The position numbers and the translations under genes were made by a program. Positions 20,150-30,990 of a stretch of DNA of 64,000 nt are shown here, in pieces. This DNA is from Actinomycetota bacterium (GTDB lineage: Bacteria > Actinomycetota > Actinomycetes > Nanopelagicales > Nanopelagicaceae). The stretch spans positions 41-64,040 of the forward strand of contig JAPLBF010000006.1 of the NCBI GenBank assembly GCA_026392825.1, given 5' to 3'. The notes below the pieces were generated by a model. The model did not search any database. It was not told the DNA's origin and saw only the letters and a program-made list of their open reading frames with translations. Each line of letters opens with the position of its first letter. The stretch's first letter is position 1.

Positions 20150-21858
20150 TAGCTCTTTTTCTTTTCAGGGATAACGGTCGCACCGAGTTCAGCAGCCAAG
20201 AGCGCTGCACCTGACAATAAGTTTTTATCCGATGGCGCTTCATCTTTGCGCACCGCACGTGCTTCAGGAGTTGAAGTTATATCAATTGATGCATCAACAA
20301 CTACTTCTATCTTACGATCAATCCCAACGATCTCAATAAAGGCCTGGCGCAGAATTTCATCTGATTCAGAGCGTACAAATGAATCACGGGCGCCCGCGTT
20401 AACAATTCCGATGGTTATTAAATTTTCATCTACTGCAACTATTTGGGCGGAGGCCGAGAGGAGGGACCAGGTTAGGCGGCGGCGCTTCTTAACGTTCTCG
20501 ATCACATCTGGCCAAAGGCGGCGTAAACCTGCGATGTCGATTGGCTGATTGGAAGCAACCTTCGGAGATTCGGGAACAGCTTCTTTAGAATCTCCTTCTG
20601 TTGCTTCCTTTTCAGCGACTACTTTTGCAGCAGGTTTTTCTGCAGGTTTTGGCGCAGCTGCAATCTTCGGGGCAGGTGCAGGGGTTGTTGTCGTAATGTT
20701 TTCGACGCGTTCTAAGCGTTCGATGCGTGAAAGCATTCCGGCTTCAGAGTTATCTCCGCCAGGTAACAACATGCGTCCGCAGATAAGTTCAAGAATTAAA
20801 CGTGGTGCTGTTGCACCACGCATCTGGGTTAAGCCTTCTGCAGCAATATCTGCAGAGCGCGAAAGATTTGCCGCGCCGATATTTGTAGCTTGGGTGCGCA
20901 TGCGTTCTAGTTGATCATCAGGTAACTCGCGCAAAATTGAATTGGCATTCGTTGCAGCAAGTGCATCGACGATCATTAAATCGCGCAGACGTTCTAGGAA
21001 ATCACTGGCAAAGCGACGCGGGTCGTGGCCTGATTCGATAACGCGATCAACGGTTTTAAAGAGCGTTGCGCCATCACGGGCAGCAAGTGCATCGACTGCA
21101 TCATCAAGAAGTGCACCATCGGTAAAGCCCAGCAATTGAATCGCAATTTCGTAGCTGACTCCATCGGGGCCAGCGCCAGCAAGCAGTTGGCCTAGTACAG
21201 AAAGCGCGTCACGAACTGAGCCGCCGCTAGCGCGCACCACAAGTGGAATCACGCCTTTTGCAACAGTTGCACCCTCTTCTTTACAAATCTTTTCCATGTG
21301 CTCGGCCAATATTCCTGGTGGAACAAGGCGGAATGGATAATGATGAGTACGAGAGCGAATAGTTGAAATCAACTTTTCGGGTTCGGTTGTTGCAAAGATA
21401 AAAATTACGTGAGGAGGTGGTTCTTCAACAACTTTCAAAAGCGCATTTGCCGCGCCGGGCCCGAGCTGATGTGCTTCGTCAATAATGTAAATCTTGTATC
21501 GGCTTTGTACTGGCGCAAAGAATGCTTTATCGCGCAGGTCGCGCGCGTCATCTACTAAACCGTGGGTCGCCGCATCGAGTTCAATTACATCGAGTGATCC
21601 TGGCCCATTCGCCACCAAATCTTTACAAGATTGGCAGAGGCCGCAAGGAGTCGGAGTTGGGCCTTGTTCGCAGTTAAGTGAGCGCGCCATAATGCGAGCG
21701 CTAGAAGTTTTTCCGCAACCACGTGGTCCGCTAAATAAATAAGCGTGATGTGTTTTGCCAGATGTCAGCGCATTAGAAAGCGGAATAGTGACATGTTCTT
21801 GACCGATGACATCTGCAAATACAGATGGTCGATACTTGCGATACAACGCGAGTGACAT
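20149..21858 (-). CDS. dnaX: DNA polymerase III subunit gamma/tau
   Basis: ATG 21858 with GAGGAG RBS; [27 protein letters not shown]. Confidence 0.97.
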   Translation of the reverse strand: MSLALYRKYRPSVFADVIGQEHVTIPLSNALTSGKTHHAYLFSGPRGCGKTSSARIMARSLNCEQGPTPTPCGLCQSCKDLVANGPGSLDVIELDAATHGLVDDARDLRDKAFFAPVQSRYKIYIIDEAHQLGPGAANALLKVVEEPPPHVIFIFATTEPEKLISTIRSRTHHYPFRLVPPGILAEHMEKICKEEGATVAKGVIPLVVRASGGSVRDALSVLGQLLAGAGPDGVSYEIAIQLLGFTDGALLDDAVDALAARDGATLFKTVDRVIESGHDPRRFASDFLERLRDLMIVDALAATNANSILRELPDDQLERMRTQATNIGAANLSRSADIAAEGLTQMRGATAPRLILELICGRMLLPGGDNSEAGMLSRIERLERVENITTTTPAPAPKIAAAPKPAEKPAAKVVAEKEATEGDSKEAVPESPKVASNQPIDIAGLRRLWPDVIENVKKRRRLTWSLLSASAQIVAVDENLITIGIVNAGARDSFVRSESDEILRQAFIEIVGIDRKIEVVVDASIDITSTPEARAVRKDEAPSDKNLLSGAALLAAELGATVIPEKKKS

Positions 21859-21926
21859 ATTCACTCCTCTCTTCTGCGCGACAATATTTACAACCTATTA
21901 CAAAGTACCGACTGGCACTATATAAA

Positions 21927-22016
21927 GGACCCCCCACGCACCCATTAGAGCGCGCCTACCCTTGCTGTATTCCTACCCTGGGGGAGTTCAGCGCGGTAAT
22001 GCCGCGTGAGGGATCT
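21927..22016 (-). ncRNA. ffs: Signal recognition particle RNA (4.5S)
   Basis: Minus strand ...GAACTCCCCCAGGGTA-GGAA-TACAGCAAGGG... (helix 8 GGAA loop with CAGG/AGCA); terminal GATCCCTCACGC/GCGTGGGGGGTC pairing; TATGAT -10 six nt upstream; upstream of dnaX. Confidence 0.93.
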
Positions 22017-22072
22017 GGCGTAATCATAGTTATTACCCCGTTACCCTTAGCCAGTCGGGAGTGATCCCGCCA

Positions 22073-22157
22073 GGAGGATTCGCATAGCGGCCGAGTGCGC
22101 ACGCTTGGAAAGCGTGTAAAGGGCAACCTTTCGAGGGTTCAAATCCCTCATCCTCCG
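22073..22157 (+). tRNA. tRNA-Ser(GGA)
   Basis: GGAGGAT/ATCCTCC acceptor, CACGC-TTGGAAA-GCGTG anticodon arm, long variable arm, GGTTCAAATCC T-loop. Confidence 0.97.
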
Positions 22158-22167
22158 CACTAAAAAG

Positions 22168-23586
22168 TTAAATCTCAACGCCGATGTATTTGGTTTCCAG
22201 GAATTCGTGGATTCCATCGAAGCCACCTTCGCGACCTAAGCCTGATTGCTTTACGCCACCGAATGGTGCAGCTGGATCTGAAATTAAGCCGCGGTTGATT
22301 GCGACCATTCCAGATTCGATCGCTTCCGAGATCTGAATCGCGCGCTTTAAGTTTTCGGAATAGACATAACTAATTAATCCAAAGTCAGTGCTGTTGGCTA
22401 ATTCAATCGCTTCAGCATCGGTATCAAAGATGACTACTGGGGCAACTGGGCCAAAGACTTCATGGTTAAGAATTTCAGCCTTCTTATCTACTTCTAGAAC
22501 TGTTGCGGGATAGAAAGCGCCAGGACCATCTGGGGTTTTGCCGCCGGTTAAAACCTTTGCGCCAGCCTTGATGGAGTTATCAACTAATTCTGCAATCTTG
22601 TTGCGCTCTTTAATGGAGACGCTGGCACCTAGTTGAATTCCAGCATCACGGCCGCGACCCATAACAAATGCGCCCATTGCTGATGCAAATTTTTCCATAA
22701 ACTCTTTTGCGACTGGGCGTTGTACATAAATTCGATTTGCAGCAGTGCAAGCGGCGCCGCCATTGCGCATCTTGGCGAGCATTAAGCCTTTAACTGCTTC
22801 ATCGATATTGGCATCATCCATTACAACAAAAGGTGCGTTTCCGCCGAGTTCCATTGAGCAGCGAATTACATTGTCGGCAGCTTCTTTAAGAATTATGCGG
22901 CCAACTTCAGTTGATCCGGTGAATGAAAGATTCTTGACGCGCTTATCGTGCAACATTTTTGCAATCGCTGGACCTGTTGGCGTTGGCAAAATTAAATTAA
23001 CAACACCTTTTGGAACTCCGGCGCGATCTAAAATATCAACGATGGCGAGCGCAGTAAGTGGAGTTTCACCTGCTGGTTTCAAAATCATTGTGCAGCCCGC
23101 TGCGATGGCTGGACCAATTTTGCGAGTTGCCATTCCGGCTGGGAAGTTCCACGGTGTAATCAGAATTGAAAGACCAACTGGTTGATGTGTAACGAGGATT
23201 CGCTTGTCTCCACTTGGTGACATTCGGAAATCACCAGCGATGCGAACGGCTTCTTCAGAGAACCAACGGAAAAATTCGGCGGCATAGGCAACTTCACCTT
23301 TTGCATCAGGTAGCGCTTTGCCATTTTCTTTAGAAATTAATTCGGCTAAGTAATCTGCCTCTTGCGTCATAAGTTCAAATGCTTTGCGCAGAATTTCACC
23401 GCGTACGCGGGGTGCAGTCTTGGCCCAGGCGGGTGCAGCGCGATCGGCGGCGGCTAGCGCGGCTTCAATTTCGGCATCTCCGGCGGTGGCAACTTTGGCG
23501 ATAACCGAGCCGTCACTCGGATCAATTACATCCAAAGTGCCGTTTCCATCGACCCATTGACCATCTATATATAACTGAGTGCGCAT
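22168..23586 (-). CDS. gabD: NAD(P)-dependent succinate-semialdehyde dehydrogenase (GabD-like ALDH)
   Basis: Start moved to ATG 23586 (TATGCT -10 six nt upstream); ITPWNFP, FTGST, MELGGNAP, GGAAC, EVFGP, PFGGVKQSGLGREG. Confidence 0.85.
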   Translation of the reverse strand: MRTQLYIDGQWVDGNGTLDVIDPSDGSVIAKVATAGDAEIEAALAAADRAAPAWAKTAPRVRGEILRKAFELMTQEADYLAELISKENGKALPDAKGEVAYAAEFFRWFSEEAVRIAGDFRMSPSGDKRILVTHQPVGLSILITPWNFPAGMATRKIGPAIAAGCTMILKPAGETPLTALAIVDILDRAGVPKGVVNLILPTPTGPAIAKMLHDKRVKNLSFTGSTEVGRIILKEAADNVIRCSMELGGNAPFVVMDDANIDEAVKGLMLAKMRNGGAACTAANRIYVQRPVAKEFMEKFASAMGAFVMGRGRDAGIQLGASVSIKERNKIAELVDNSIKAGAKVLTGGKTPDGPGAFYPATVLEVDKKAEILNHEVFGPVAPVVIFDTDAEAIELANSTDFGLISYVYSENLKRAIQISEAIESGMVAINRGLISDPAAPFGGVKQSGLGREGGFDGIHEFLETKYIGVEI

Positions 23587-23646
23587 AAGATGAGCATACT
23601 GAAAAGGCAATTAGACGCGCTAGCCGCGGTAACTGAAGGAGTTCGT

Positions 23647-25989
23647 GTGCCAAAGTCTTGGACAGATGGTGCGCCGCAGCCTGTTGCACTTCAGGATCAT
23701 GCTCATCTAAAGGATCCGCTTCGCTACAAGATTAAGCGTCGCCTGCTCGGTAATGCGCTCAATCGACATTCTTTAGGACATCAGCGTTTATCAAAACGGT
23801 ATGCCTTGGGAATTCTTTCATCTGACTGTATTTCATCTTCTGCATACGGCAGCGAGCAGATTCTCATCGCTTTGTTGCCAGCGTTTGGTTTGGCGGCATT
23901 TGCAATCTTGATGCCGATGACAGCAGTTGTATTAGTGATTCTCTTAATCATTACCCTTTCTTATCGAAATGTAATTGATGTTTACACAAAAACCGGCGGC
24001 GCATACATAGTCTCGCGCGATAACTTCGGTCCCGTGGTGGCGCAAATTGCGGCTGTCGCGCTCATTCTTGATTATGTTGTTACGGTAGCAATTCAATCTG
24101 CGGCAGGAGTTGCGGCGATTATTTCAACTTTTCCATCGCTAGCTCCTTGGAAAATTCCGATGATCTTGCTTGTGATCGTTTTGCTAACTTATGGAAATCT
24201 TCGCGGCGTTAAAGAAGCAGGTAAAGCGTTTGCTTTCCCAACTTATTTCTTCGTAGGTTGCATGTTGATCGTCTTCGGAATGGGTTTTTGGCGACTCTTT
24301 AATGGCACTCTTCCAGTTCTTGCAACAGACCTACCTGGTGCGGTTGAAGTAGGACAAGAGCAAGGACTCTTAACAGCCGCAGCGATCTTTATCTTGCTAC
24401 GTGCTTTTGCAAATGGTGGTTCTTCACTAACTGGCTTAGAAGCAATATCCGATGGTGTTGCACTCTTTAAAGCACCAGAACACGTAAACGCCAAGCGAAC
24501 GCTCGTTACTATGAGTTGCATCCTTGGCACACTCGTACTTGGCGTTTCTTACTTTGCCCATCACATCCAAGCGATGCCGTATGAATCAGGAACTCCAACA
24601 GTTATTTCACAAATTGCTAAAGCTGCGATGGGCGATGGTGCCTTCGGAAGCTTTATGTTCATTATGGTTCAGCTAGCGACAATGCTTATTCTCTTCGCTG
24701 GCGCAAACACAACTTATAGCGCTTTCCCATTGCTCTGTAACTTCGTCGCAAGTGATGGCTATTTGCCACGTCAATTAACAAAGCGCGGCCACCGTCTTGC
24801 TTTCTCAAATGGAATTTTGCTACTCGCCGGCGGTGGAATTGTTCTCGTCTTGATTACCGCTGGTTCTGTTGAACATCTAGTCGCCTTCTATGCCCTTGGT
24901 GTATTTACTGGCTTTACACTGGCCGGTTTTGGTATGACAAAACATTCAATTCGAGTAAAGCCAGATGGATGGAAGGTTCGAGTCGTTATCAACTCACTTG
25001 CTGGTTCTGTTTCGCTGGTAATTGTAATTATTTTCTCAATTGTTAAATTCACTCAAGGTGCTTGGTTGGTGTTGTTAGTTGCTCCAATTTTGGTCGTATC
25101 CTTCCTGCGCTTGCGCCGTCAATACACCCGCGAACAAGAAGCGTTATTGGTAAGACAAGAACAAGAGAGAGCTACAACTATTGTTCGCCACAATGTAACA
25201 GTCTTAGTTGATAACGTTGATATTGCAACAGTCGGTGCAATTAGATATGCACGAAGTCTTAAGCCACGTAATTTAAGTGCAGTTCACTTTGTAATTGATG
25301 ATCGTCGCGCAGAGGAGATTAAGAGCGCTTGGGCAGCATCAGATGCCCTGGATGATGTGACTCTTGAACTGATTGATTGTCCAGATCGCCGTCTAGCAAA
25401 TTCTGCAGTTGATTACGCAATCCGGATGACGGAGAAGAATGATATTGAGTTAACCTTGCTTCTTCCACGCCGCTCATATTCTGGATTCTTGGGCCGACTA
25501 CTGCACGATCAGACTGCTGAAGAAATTGCTGCACCAATTTCGCAGTTACAACGAGTTGTTGCAACGATTGTTCCGTTTGACGTTGATCGCATTACATCTG
25601 GATCTAATTTAATTGTTCAAACTAAACCGGTCGAGAAGACTGCACCGGTGAAGATTGAGAATCAATTTAAAGCAGTTAAAGATATTGTTAAACCGGTCGA
25701 ACCAATTAGCCACTATGCTGAAAACTTGACGCCAATTGGCAATATTTTATGGAGGCAAAGAGCCCAAGTTCAGGGACGGGTTACTGCGATAAAGAGCGCC
25801 GCAAAAGGATCCGCGCCACTGCTCCAAGTCGAAGTTTGGGATGAATCAGGGGGCGTAACACTTCACTTCTTGGGCCGCCGCGAGATCGCGGGCTTAGAAG
25901 TTGGAACTCAAATTCGTGCAGAGGGTATGGTCGGTGAAGAAGATGGTGCGCTAACTATCTTGAATCCTTCTTACCAATTGCTAGTTTAA
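23647..25989 (+). CDS. APC-superfamily permease (YdaO/KimA-like) fused to C-terminal OB-fold domain
   Basis: Likely start GTG 23647 (AAGGAG 5 nt upstream); LSSDCISSSAYGSE, GGAYIVS..N, SSLTGLEAISDGV; C-terminal QVQGRV...VWDESGGVTLHFLGRREIAGLEVG..I..EG....ILNPSYQL. Confidence 0.82.
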   Translation: MPKSWTDGAPQPVALQDHAHLKDPLRYKIKRRLLGNALNRHSLGHQRLSKRYALGILSSDCISSSAYGSEQILIALLPAFGLAAFAILMPMTAVVLVILLIITLSYRNVIDVYTKTGGAYIVSRDNFGPVVAQIAAVALILDYVVTVAIQSAAGVAAIISTFPSLAPWKIPMILLVIVLLTYGNLRGVKEAGKAFAFPTYFFVGCMLIVFGMGFWRLFNGTLPVLATDLPGAVEVGQEQGLLTAAAIFILLRAFANGGSSLTGLEAISDGVALFKAPEHVNAKRTLVTMSCILGTLVLGVSYFAHHIQAMPYESGTPTVISQIAKAAMGDGAFGSFMFIMVQLATMLILFAGANTTYSAFPLLCNFVASDGYLPRQLTKRGHRLAFSNGILLLAGGGIVLVLITAGSVEHLVAFYALGVFTGFTLAGFGMTKHSIRVKPDGWKVRVVINSLAGSVSLVIVIIFSIVKFTQGAWLVLLVAPILVVSFLRLRRQYTREQEALLVRQEQERATTIVRHNVTVLVDNVDIATVGAIRYARSLKPRNLSAVHFVIDDRRAEEIKSAWAASDALDDVTLELIDCPDRRLANSAVDYAIRMTEKNDIELTLLLPRRSYSGFLGRLLHDQTAEEIAAPISQLQRVVATIVPFDVDRITSGSNLIVQTKPVEKTAPVKIENQFKAVKDIVKPVEPISHYAENLTPIGNILWRQRAQVQGRVTAIKSAAKGSAPLLQVEVWDESGGVTLHFLGRREIAGLEVGTQIRAEGMVGEEDGALTILNPSYQLLV

Positions 25990-25990
25990 T

Positions 25991-26422
25991 TCAGCGCTGA
26001 CCTTCAAAGAAATCGCTCAATAACTTCGCACATTCTGCTTCACGAATTCCGGCGGTTACATTCATTTTATAAAGCGCACGCGGATCTCTAATTACATCCC
26101 AAACTGAGCCCACTGCTCCTGCTTTTTCATCCCAAGCACCAAAAATTAGATGAGAGATGCGCGCTTGAGCGATTGCGCCGGCACACATTGCACAAGGTTC
26201 TAAGGTAACTATCAAAGTGCATCCATCAAGGCGAGAATTTTGTAGGCGATTAGCGGCGCTTCGCAGTGCAACTATTTCGGCGTGTGCCGTTGGATCGTTA
26301 TTGGCTTCGCGTTCATTTGATCCGCTTCCGATCACCACACCATCTTTATTGATAACAATGGCCCCAACTGGAACATCACCAGTTGATGTAGCTTTCCTTG
26401 CAATCGCTATGGCATCGTCCAT
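25991..26422 (-). CDS. tadA: tRNA adenosine(34) deaminase
   Basis: DVPVGA, DPTAHAEI, TLEPCAMCAGAI. Confidence 0.92.
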   Translation of the reverse strand: MDDAIAIARKATSTGDVPVGAIVINKDGVVIGSGSNEREANNDPTAHAEIVALRSAANRLQNSRLDGCTLIVTLEPCAMCAGAIAQARISHLIFGAWDEKAGAVGSVWDVIRDPRALYKMNVTAGIREAECAKLLSDFFEGQR

Positions 26423-26451
26423 TAACGATTCCGGAGTTTTCTGAGAAATTC

Positions 26452-26946
26452 TTATAGCTCCAATAACTCGGCAAATTGATCAGCAAATCCTAAACGGCTT
26501 GCAATCGCTTCTAATTGTTCATCAGGAAATAGTTCAGTGTCATCACACAATGCAGAAAGCTCCATTTGATTGACGCCAAGATCAGCCAAAATATCTAGAT
26601 GACCAACCGGTAAAGGTTCATCATCTTCTTCTGGTGAATCTAAATCACAAAGTTCCAGAAAATCCGCTGCGACTTCGTAATCAATTGCGCAAGTAACATC
26701 ACTTAGAAACATACTTATGTGAGAACCCAATACTCGGATCACCATAAAGAATTCTTCGTCAATTGCCAACAAGGCAATTGCTCCGCCATTGGTTTGTTGA
26801 GACTTTAGGCGATCAATAATGTGCGGTAAGTCATGTGCGTCAGGTAACAGCGCTAAATTCCAGCGCCCGTCCTCGTGCCACGCAGCAACTGCGATATCTA
26901 CCTCGTTCACCATTGCATCCGTCACATCCACCATATTCTCACTCAT
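26452..26946 (-). CDS. tRNA adenosine deaminase-associated protein (acidic, actinobacterial)
   Basis: Start at ATG 26946; [34 protein letters not shown]; between upp and tadA. Confidence 0.8.
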   Translation of the reverse strand: MSENMVDVTDAMVNEVDIAVAAWHEDGRWNLALLPDAHDLPHIIDRLKSQQTNGGAIALLAIDEEFFMVIRVLGSHISMFLSDVTCAIDYEVAADFLELCDLDSPEEDDEPLPVGHLDILADLGVNQMELSALCDDTELFPDEQLEAIASRLGFADQFAELLEL

Positions 26947-26980
26947 TTGGCGAGATGGAAACCCCTGTAAGGTAGGAGCC

Positions 26981-27619
26981 ATGAAAGTTCACGTCGCCAA
27001 CCACCCGCTAATTACTCACAAATTGACCGTTCTGCGCGATGAAAAAACCGATTCCCCAACATTTCGCCATCTAGTTGAGGAACTTGTGACCCTGCTCGCC
27101 TATGAAGCAACTCGCGACGTGCGCACTGAAAAAGTTTCGATTAAGACTCCGGTGACTACGACAACTGGCTTGAAACTATCTGACCCAAGGCCTGTGGTTG
27201 TTCCTATTTTGCGTGCCGGACTCGGAATGTTAGAAGGAATGACCCGCTTAATCCCAACAGCAGAAGTTGGATTTCTCGGAATGGTGCGCGATGAAAAAAC
27301 TCTAAAGGCTAGCACCTACGCAAATCGCTTACCTGAGAATTTATCTGGGCGCCAATGTTTTGTATTAGATCCGATGTTAGCAACAGGCGGAACTTTGGTT
27401 GCAGCAATTAATTTCTTGATCGAACGTGGTGCAGATGACATAACTGCAATTTGTATTCTCTCTGCTCCTGAAGGAATAAAAGTTCTTGAGGACGCCTTCG
27501 CTAATTCGGGCGTTCCGATCACACTTGTCACGGGTGCACTTGATGAAAAATTAAACGAACATGGCTACATCGTCCCCGGTCTGGGCGATGCAGGTGATCG
27601 TCTTTACGGTGTTGTCTAA
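26981..27619 (+). CDS. upp: Uracil phosphoribosyltransferase
   Basis: Start at ATG 26981 ([10 protein letters not shown]); [30 protein letters not shown]. Confidence 0.97.
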   Translation: MKVHVANHPLITHKLTVLRDEKTDSPTFRHLVEELVTLLAYEATRDVRTEKVSIKTPVTTTTGLKLSDPRPVVVPILRAGLGMLEGMTRLIPTAEVGFLGMVRDEKTLKASTYANRLPENLSGRQCFVLDPMLATGGTLVAAINFLIERGADDITAICILSAPEGIKVLEDAFANSGVPITLVTGALDEKLNEHGYIVPGLGDAGDRLYGVV

Positions 27620-28939
27620 ATGGCATCCACTTCTCCCGGCTACGGAATAACAATTCGCGTTGAAGGCGCTCCTGAACTTCAACCGGTTGCACTTATTACC
27701 GCGGCAATCACCGGAGCTGGTGCAACAATTACCGCTCTCGATGTTGTTGAATCTCTATTAGAAAAAGTTGTTATTGACGTAACTTGCGACACGATAGATG
27801 TTGATCATGCAGAGGAAATAACCAACGCTCTGACTGCGCACGCAGGTATAACTGTGCGCAAAGTTAGTGATCGCACATTCTTGTTACACCTTGGCGGCAA
27901 GTTAGAAGTTCAATCAAAAGTCCCATTGAAAACGCGCGATGATCTCTCTCGCGCTTACACACCAGGTGTGGCCCGCATTTGTCAGGCAATTGTCGAAGAT
28001 CCTTCTAACGCTCGAAGCCTCACCATGAAGCGCAATACCGTTGCAGTTGTTACAGATGGTTCTGCAGTGCTTGGTTTAGGAAATATTGGACCAGCGGCCG
28101 CTCTTCCTGTGATGGAAGGTAAAGCAGCGCTTTTCAAAAGATTTGCTGATGTAGATGCTTGGCCAGTTTGTTTAGATACCCAAGATGTAGATGAAATTGT
28201 TCGAACCGTTCAATTAATTGCCCCTGTTTACGGTGGAATTAACTTAGAAGATATTTCAGCCCCGCGCTGTTTTGAAATAGAAGAACGCTTGCGTGACTTG
28301 TTGGATATTCCGGTATTCCATGACGATCAACATGGCACCGCAATTGTTGTTTTGGCCGCTCTAACTAATTCGCTTAAATTGGTAAAGAAGAACCTGGGCG
28401 ATATAACGATCGTGATGAGCGGTGCTGGTGCTGCCGGCACAGCGATTGCGCGTCTGCTGACTAAGAGCGGTGCCAAAAAGATAATTGCATTTGATATCAA
28501 TGGTTGCGTTACTCCAGGATTTACTGGAAATATTTCAGAGGCAATGAAGGGAGCCGATGTATTCATCGGAGTAAGCGCTCCAAATGTTTTGACTGAAAGT
28601 GATGTTGCATCAATGGCTGCCGGCTCGATAGTTTTTGCGCTTGCAAACCCAGATCCTGAGATCGATCCAGTCATTGCCCGTAAATACGCAACAGTTGTCG
28701 CCACTGGTCGTAGCGATCAACCAAATCAAATCAATAATGTTTTAGCTTTCCCAGGAATTTTCCGAGGACTCCTCGATGCAAATGCTCATAAAATTACTGA
28801 TGAGCTTTTAATTGCAGCCGCTGAGGCAATCGCTTCTTGCGTCTCTGCTTCTCAACTAAATGCATCGTTTATCGTGCCGAGTGTGTTTGACGCGCAAGTA
28901 GTGCAAAAAGTTGCAGCGGCAGTAAAAAAGAGCGTTTAA
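27620..28939 (+). CDS. NAD(P)-dependent malic enzyme with N-terminal ACT domain
   Basis: [54 protein letters not shown]. Confidence 0.93.
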   Translation: MASTSPGYGITIRVEGAPELQPVALITAAITGAGATITALDVVESLLEKVVIDVTCDTIDVDHAEEITNALTAHAGITVRKVSDRTFLLHLGGKLEVQSKVPLKTRDDLSRAYTPGVARICQAIVEDPSNARSLTMKRNTVAVVTDGSAVLGLGNIGPAAALPVMEGKAALFKRFADVDAWPVCLDTQDVDEIVRTVQLIAPVYGGINLEDISAPRCFEIEERLRDLLDIPVFHDDQHGTAIVVLAALTNSLKLVKKNLGDITIVMSGAGAAGTAIARLLTKSGAKKIIAFDINGCVTPGFTGNISEAMKGADVFIGVSAPNVLTESDVASMAAGSIVFALANPDPEIDPVIARKYATVVATGRSDQPNQINNVLAFPGIFRGLLDANAHKITDELLIAAAEAIASCVSASQLNASFIVPSVFDAQVVQKVAAAVKKSV

Positions 28940-29542
28940 ATGGAGTTAGCCGCATCTTTTGATGCTCAATTGTCTTCACTTGCCCCATTTATTTTCTACA
29001 TTGTGGTCGCTGGCATTGTATTTATCGAAACTGGACTTCTAATTGGTTTCTTCTTGCCAGGCGATTCCATCCTTTTTAGCGCAGGCTTGGTGGCTGCCGC
29101 CCACGGAAATATAAATATTGTCATTTTAATCACCGCCATTTTTCTAGCAGCATTCTTTGGCGATCAAGTTGGCTTTGTGATCGGCAGAGTGGTTGGTCGT
29201 CCATACTTGGATAAGCGAGAATCTCCAAGAATGAAACGGATGATTGCAAAATCTGAAGTGTTCTATGAAAAATACGGGTGGTGGGCTGTTGTAATTGCTC
29301 GCTACTTCCCTTGGATTCGCACATTCGTTCCGCCAATTGCGGGTGCGGCCAAGATGAATTACTACAAGTTCTTATCCGCTAACGCATTGGGAGCGCTTCT
29401 TTGGGGGGTCGGAATTACACTAGCTGGTTACTACGCTGCAACCGTTCCCTGGGTGAAAAGTTCTTCATACGCAATTGCAGCTTTCTTTATCACTGCTTCT
29501 TTAATTTCAGCTTTGGTAAATTTCCGACGCCGCCAACGATAA
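28940..29542 (+). CDS. DedA family membrane protein
   Basis: FIETGLLIGFFLPGDSILF, GDQVGF, ARYFPWIRTFVPPIAG. Confidence 0.94.
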   Translation: MELAASFDAQLSSLAPFIFYIVVAGIVFIETGLLIGFFLPGDSILFSAGLVAAAHGNINIVILITAIFLAAFFGDQVGFVIGRVVGRPYLDKRESPRMKRMIAKSEVFYEKYGWWAVVIARYFPWIRTFVPPIAGAAKMNYYKFLSANALGALLWGVGITLAGYYAATVPWVKSSSYAIAAFFITASLISALVNFRRRQR

Positions 29543-30446
29543 CCCCGAGATAGGTCATAACAATCCCTGTTACGAGGTAGGTGCTGATCTGAACGCCTTG
29601 TGTCGGTGAGTAAAGATCAATAAGCAATGATCCAACCAACTGTCCACCAACGCTAATCAAGGTAAATGTCAGTACGCCTAAGTGTTGAACAATTGTTGAT
29701 GTAAAGGCGATATAGATAACACCGATAGTTCCGCCCATATACATCCACCAAGGACCTGAAGGTAGGGCAACTATTTCGGCGCGGTTAATTGCAACGCCTA
29801 TAGATAAAAGAATAAATAGAAATGTAGTTCCCATAATGAAGTTAAGCCAAGATGTAGCAAAGCTCTGATGTGTACTTTCATTTATCTGACCATTTAGTGC
29901 TCGTTGCACTCCGACTATTGCGCCGGCAAAACAACCGAAAATCACCGCAAATAGCGATAAATTCTCTGCTTCTATCCGGTCTAACACGGAAACGAGTACC
30001 GCTAGAACGGTTACTCCAGCGGCGGCAACTCTTCTTACCGTTATCTGTTTTTTGCCACCACCTGTTAAACCGATTCGATCAACAATCAGAGATGCGGCAG
30101 TCTGTCCCGCAATCGAAGCAACTGAATAGATTGCAACTCCGATTATCGGAACGATCTGTGTTTGAACCGCGACAAAACTTCCACCGAGCATTCCTGCAAA
30201 GAGCGTCCAAACCGGAATTTCTTTGCGGCTAACTGCACCCTTTAAATTCTTCATCCCATTTCGTATTGCAGGAGTAAAAAGTGAAATTAACGAAATAATT
30301 AAGAGCCCTGATCCAAAGGAAACGAGGGCAGCTTCAATTGGATTTCCCATTCGATGCGAGAGCTCACCATTTGCGCGCGCTTGCATCGCAATCAGCAGCC
30401 CAGAAAGTGCGGCTAAAAGATTTAGCTTGGAATTACTTTTGCTCAC
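29490..30446 (-). CDS. DMT-superfamily transporter (YdcZ/DUF606 type, two repeats)
   Basis: AMQARANGEL and GVQRALNGQI repeats, ~10 TM, GQ..ASL..D motifs. Confidence 0.85.
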   Translation of the reverse strand: MSKSNSKLNLLAALSGLLIAMQARANGELSHRMGNPIEAALVSFGSGLLIISLISLFTPAIRNGMKNLKGAVSRKEIPVWTLFAGMLGGSFVAVQTQIVPIIGVAIYSVASIAGQTAASLIVDRIGLTGGGKKQITVRRVAAAGVTVLAVLVSVLDRIEAENLSLFAVIFGCFAGAIVGVQRALNGQINESTHQSFATSWLNFIMGTTFLFILLSIGVAINRAEIVALPSGPWWMYMGGTIGVIYIAFTSTIVQHLGVLTFTLISVGGQLVGSLLIDLYSPTQGVQISTYLVTGIVMTYLGVIVGGVGNLPKLKLKKQ

Positions 30447-30976
30447 TATGGATGAGTGCCGGTGAACTCTCGCTTATCGGCGATCCAATCCATCAGCGCA
30501 AATAACACACCAGAGATTACAAATGTTAGGTGGATGGCAATTCTCCAAATGGTGCCTTCTCCAACTTCGGCTTCTCCGGCCAATTCGATGAAATCTTTCA
30601 AGAGTTCGATTACAGAAATAGCAACTAGCGATCCAATTAATTTAATCTTTAACCCGCTGAAATCTATAGTTCCCATCCAATGTGGACGATCTTTGGACTC
30701 GAGAGCAATGTCTATGCGTGAAACAAAGTTTTCATATCCAGCGAAGATAACCATAAGAATAAGATTTGCTAGCAAAGTTAAATCAAGTAAAGCAAGTAAA
30801 GAGAGCGTGAACTCGCTCGCGCTCATATCAGCAGTCTTTTCTGCCAGATGCCAAAATTCAATGACGAAGCGATATGCCAGGAGAACTAGCGCTCCAACGA
30901 GTCCGAGATATAACGGAGCAAGTAAGAAACGACTGCGAAAGAGAATTACTTCAACAACGTGCGAAATTTGGCTCAT
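30446..30976 (-). CDS. UPF0114 (YqhA/TIGR00645-type) membrane protein
   Basis: SRFLLAPLYLGL, MVIFAGYENFVSRID, W.G.IDFSGLKIKL. Confidence 0.9.
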   Translation of the reverse strand: MSQISHVVEVILFRSRFLLAPLYLGLVGALVLLAYRFVIEFWHLAEKTADMSASEFTLSLLALLDLTLLANLILMVIFAGYENFVSRIDIALESKDRPHWMGTIDFSGLKIKLIGSLVAISVIELLKDFIELAGEAEVGEGTIWRIAIHLTFVISGVLFALMDWIADKREFTGTHP

Positions 30977-30990
30977 GGCCAGATTTTAAC

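Noticed and set aside
20560-20720. dnaX programmed frameshift producing a gamma subunit
   Set aside because: No A_AAA_AAG or long homopolymer slippery site in the linker-coding region.
26819-26980. Upstream extension of upp in the ORF track
   Set aside because: Overlaps the divergent gene; the homologous Upp start and promoter/RBS signals sit at 26981.
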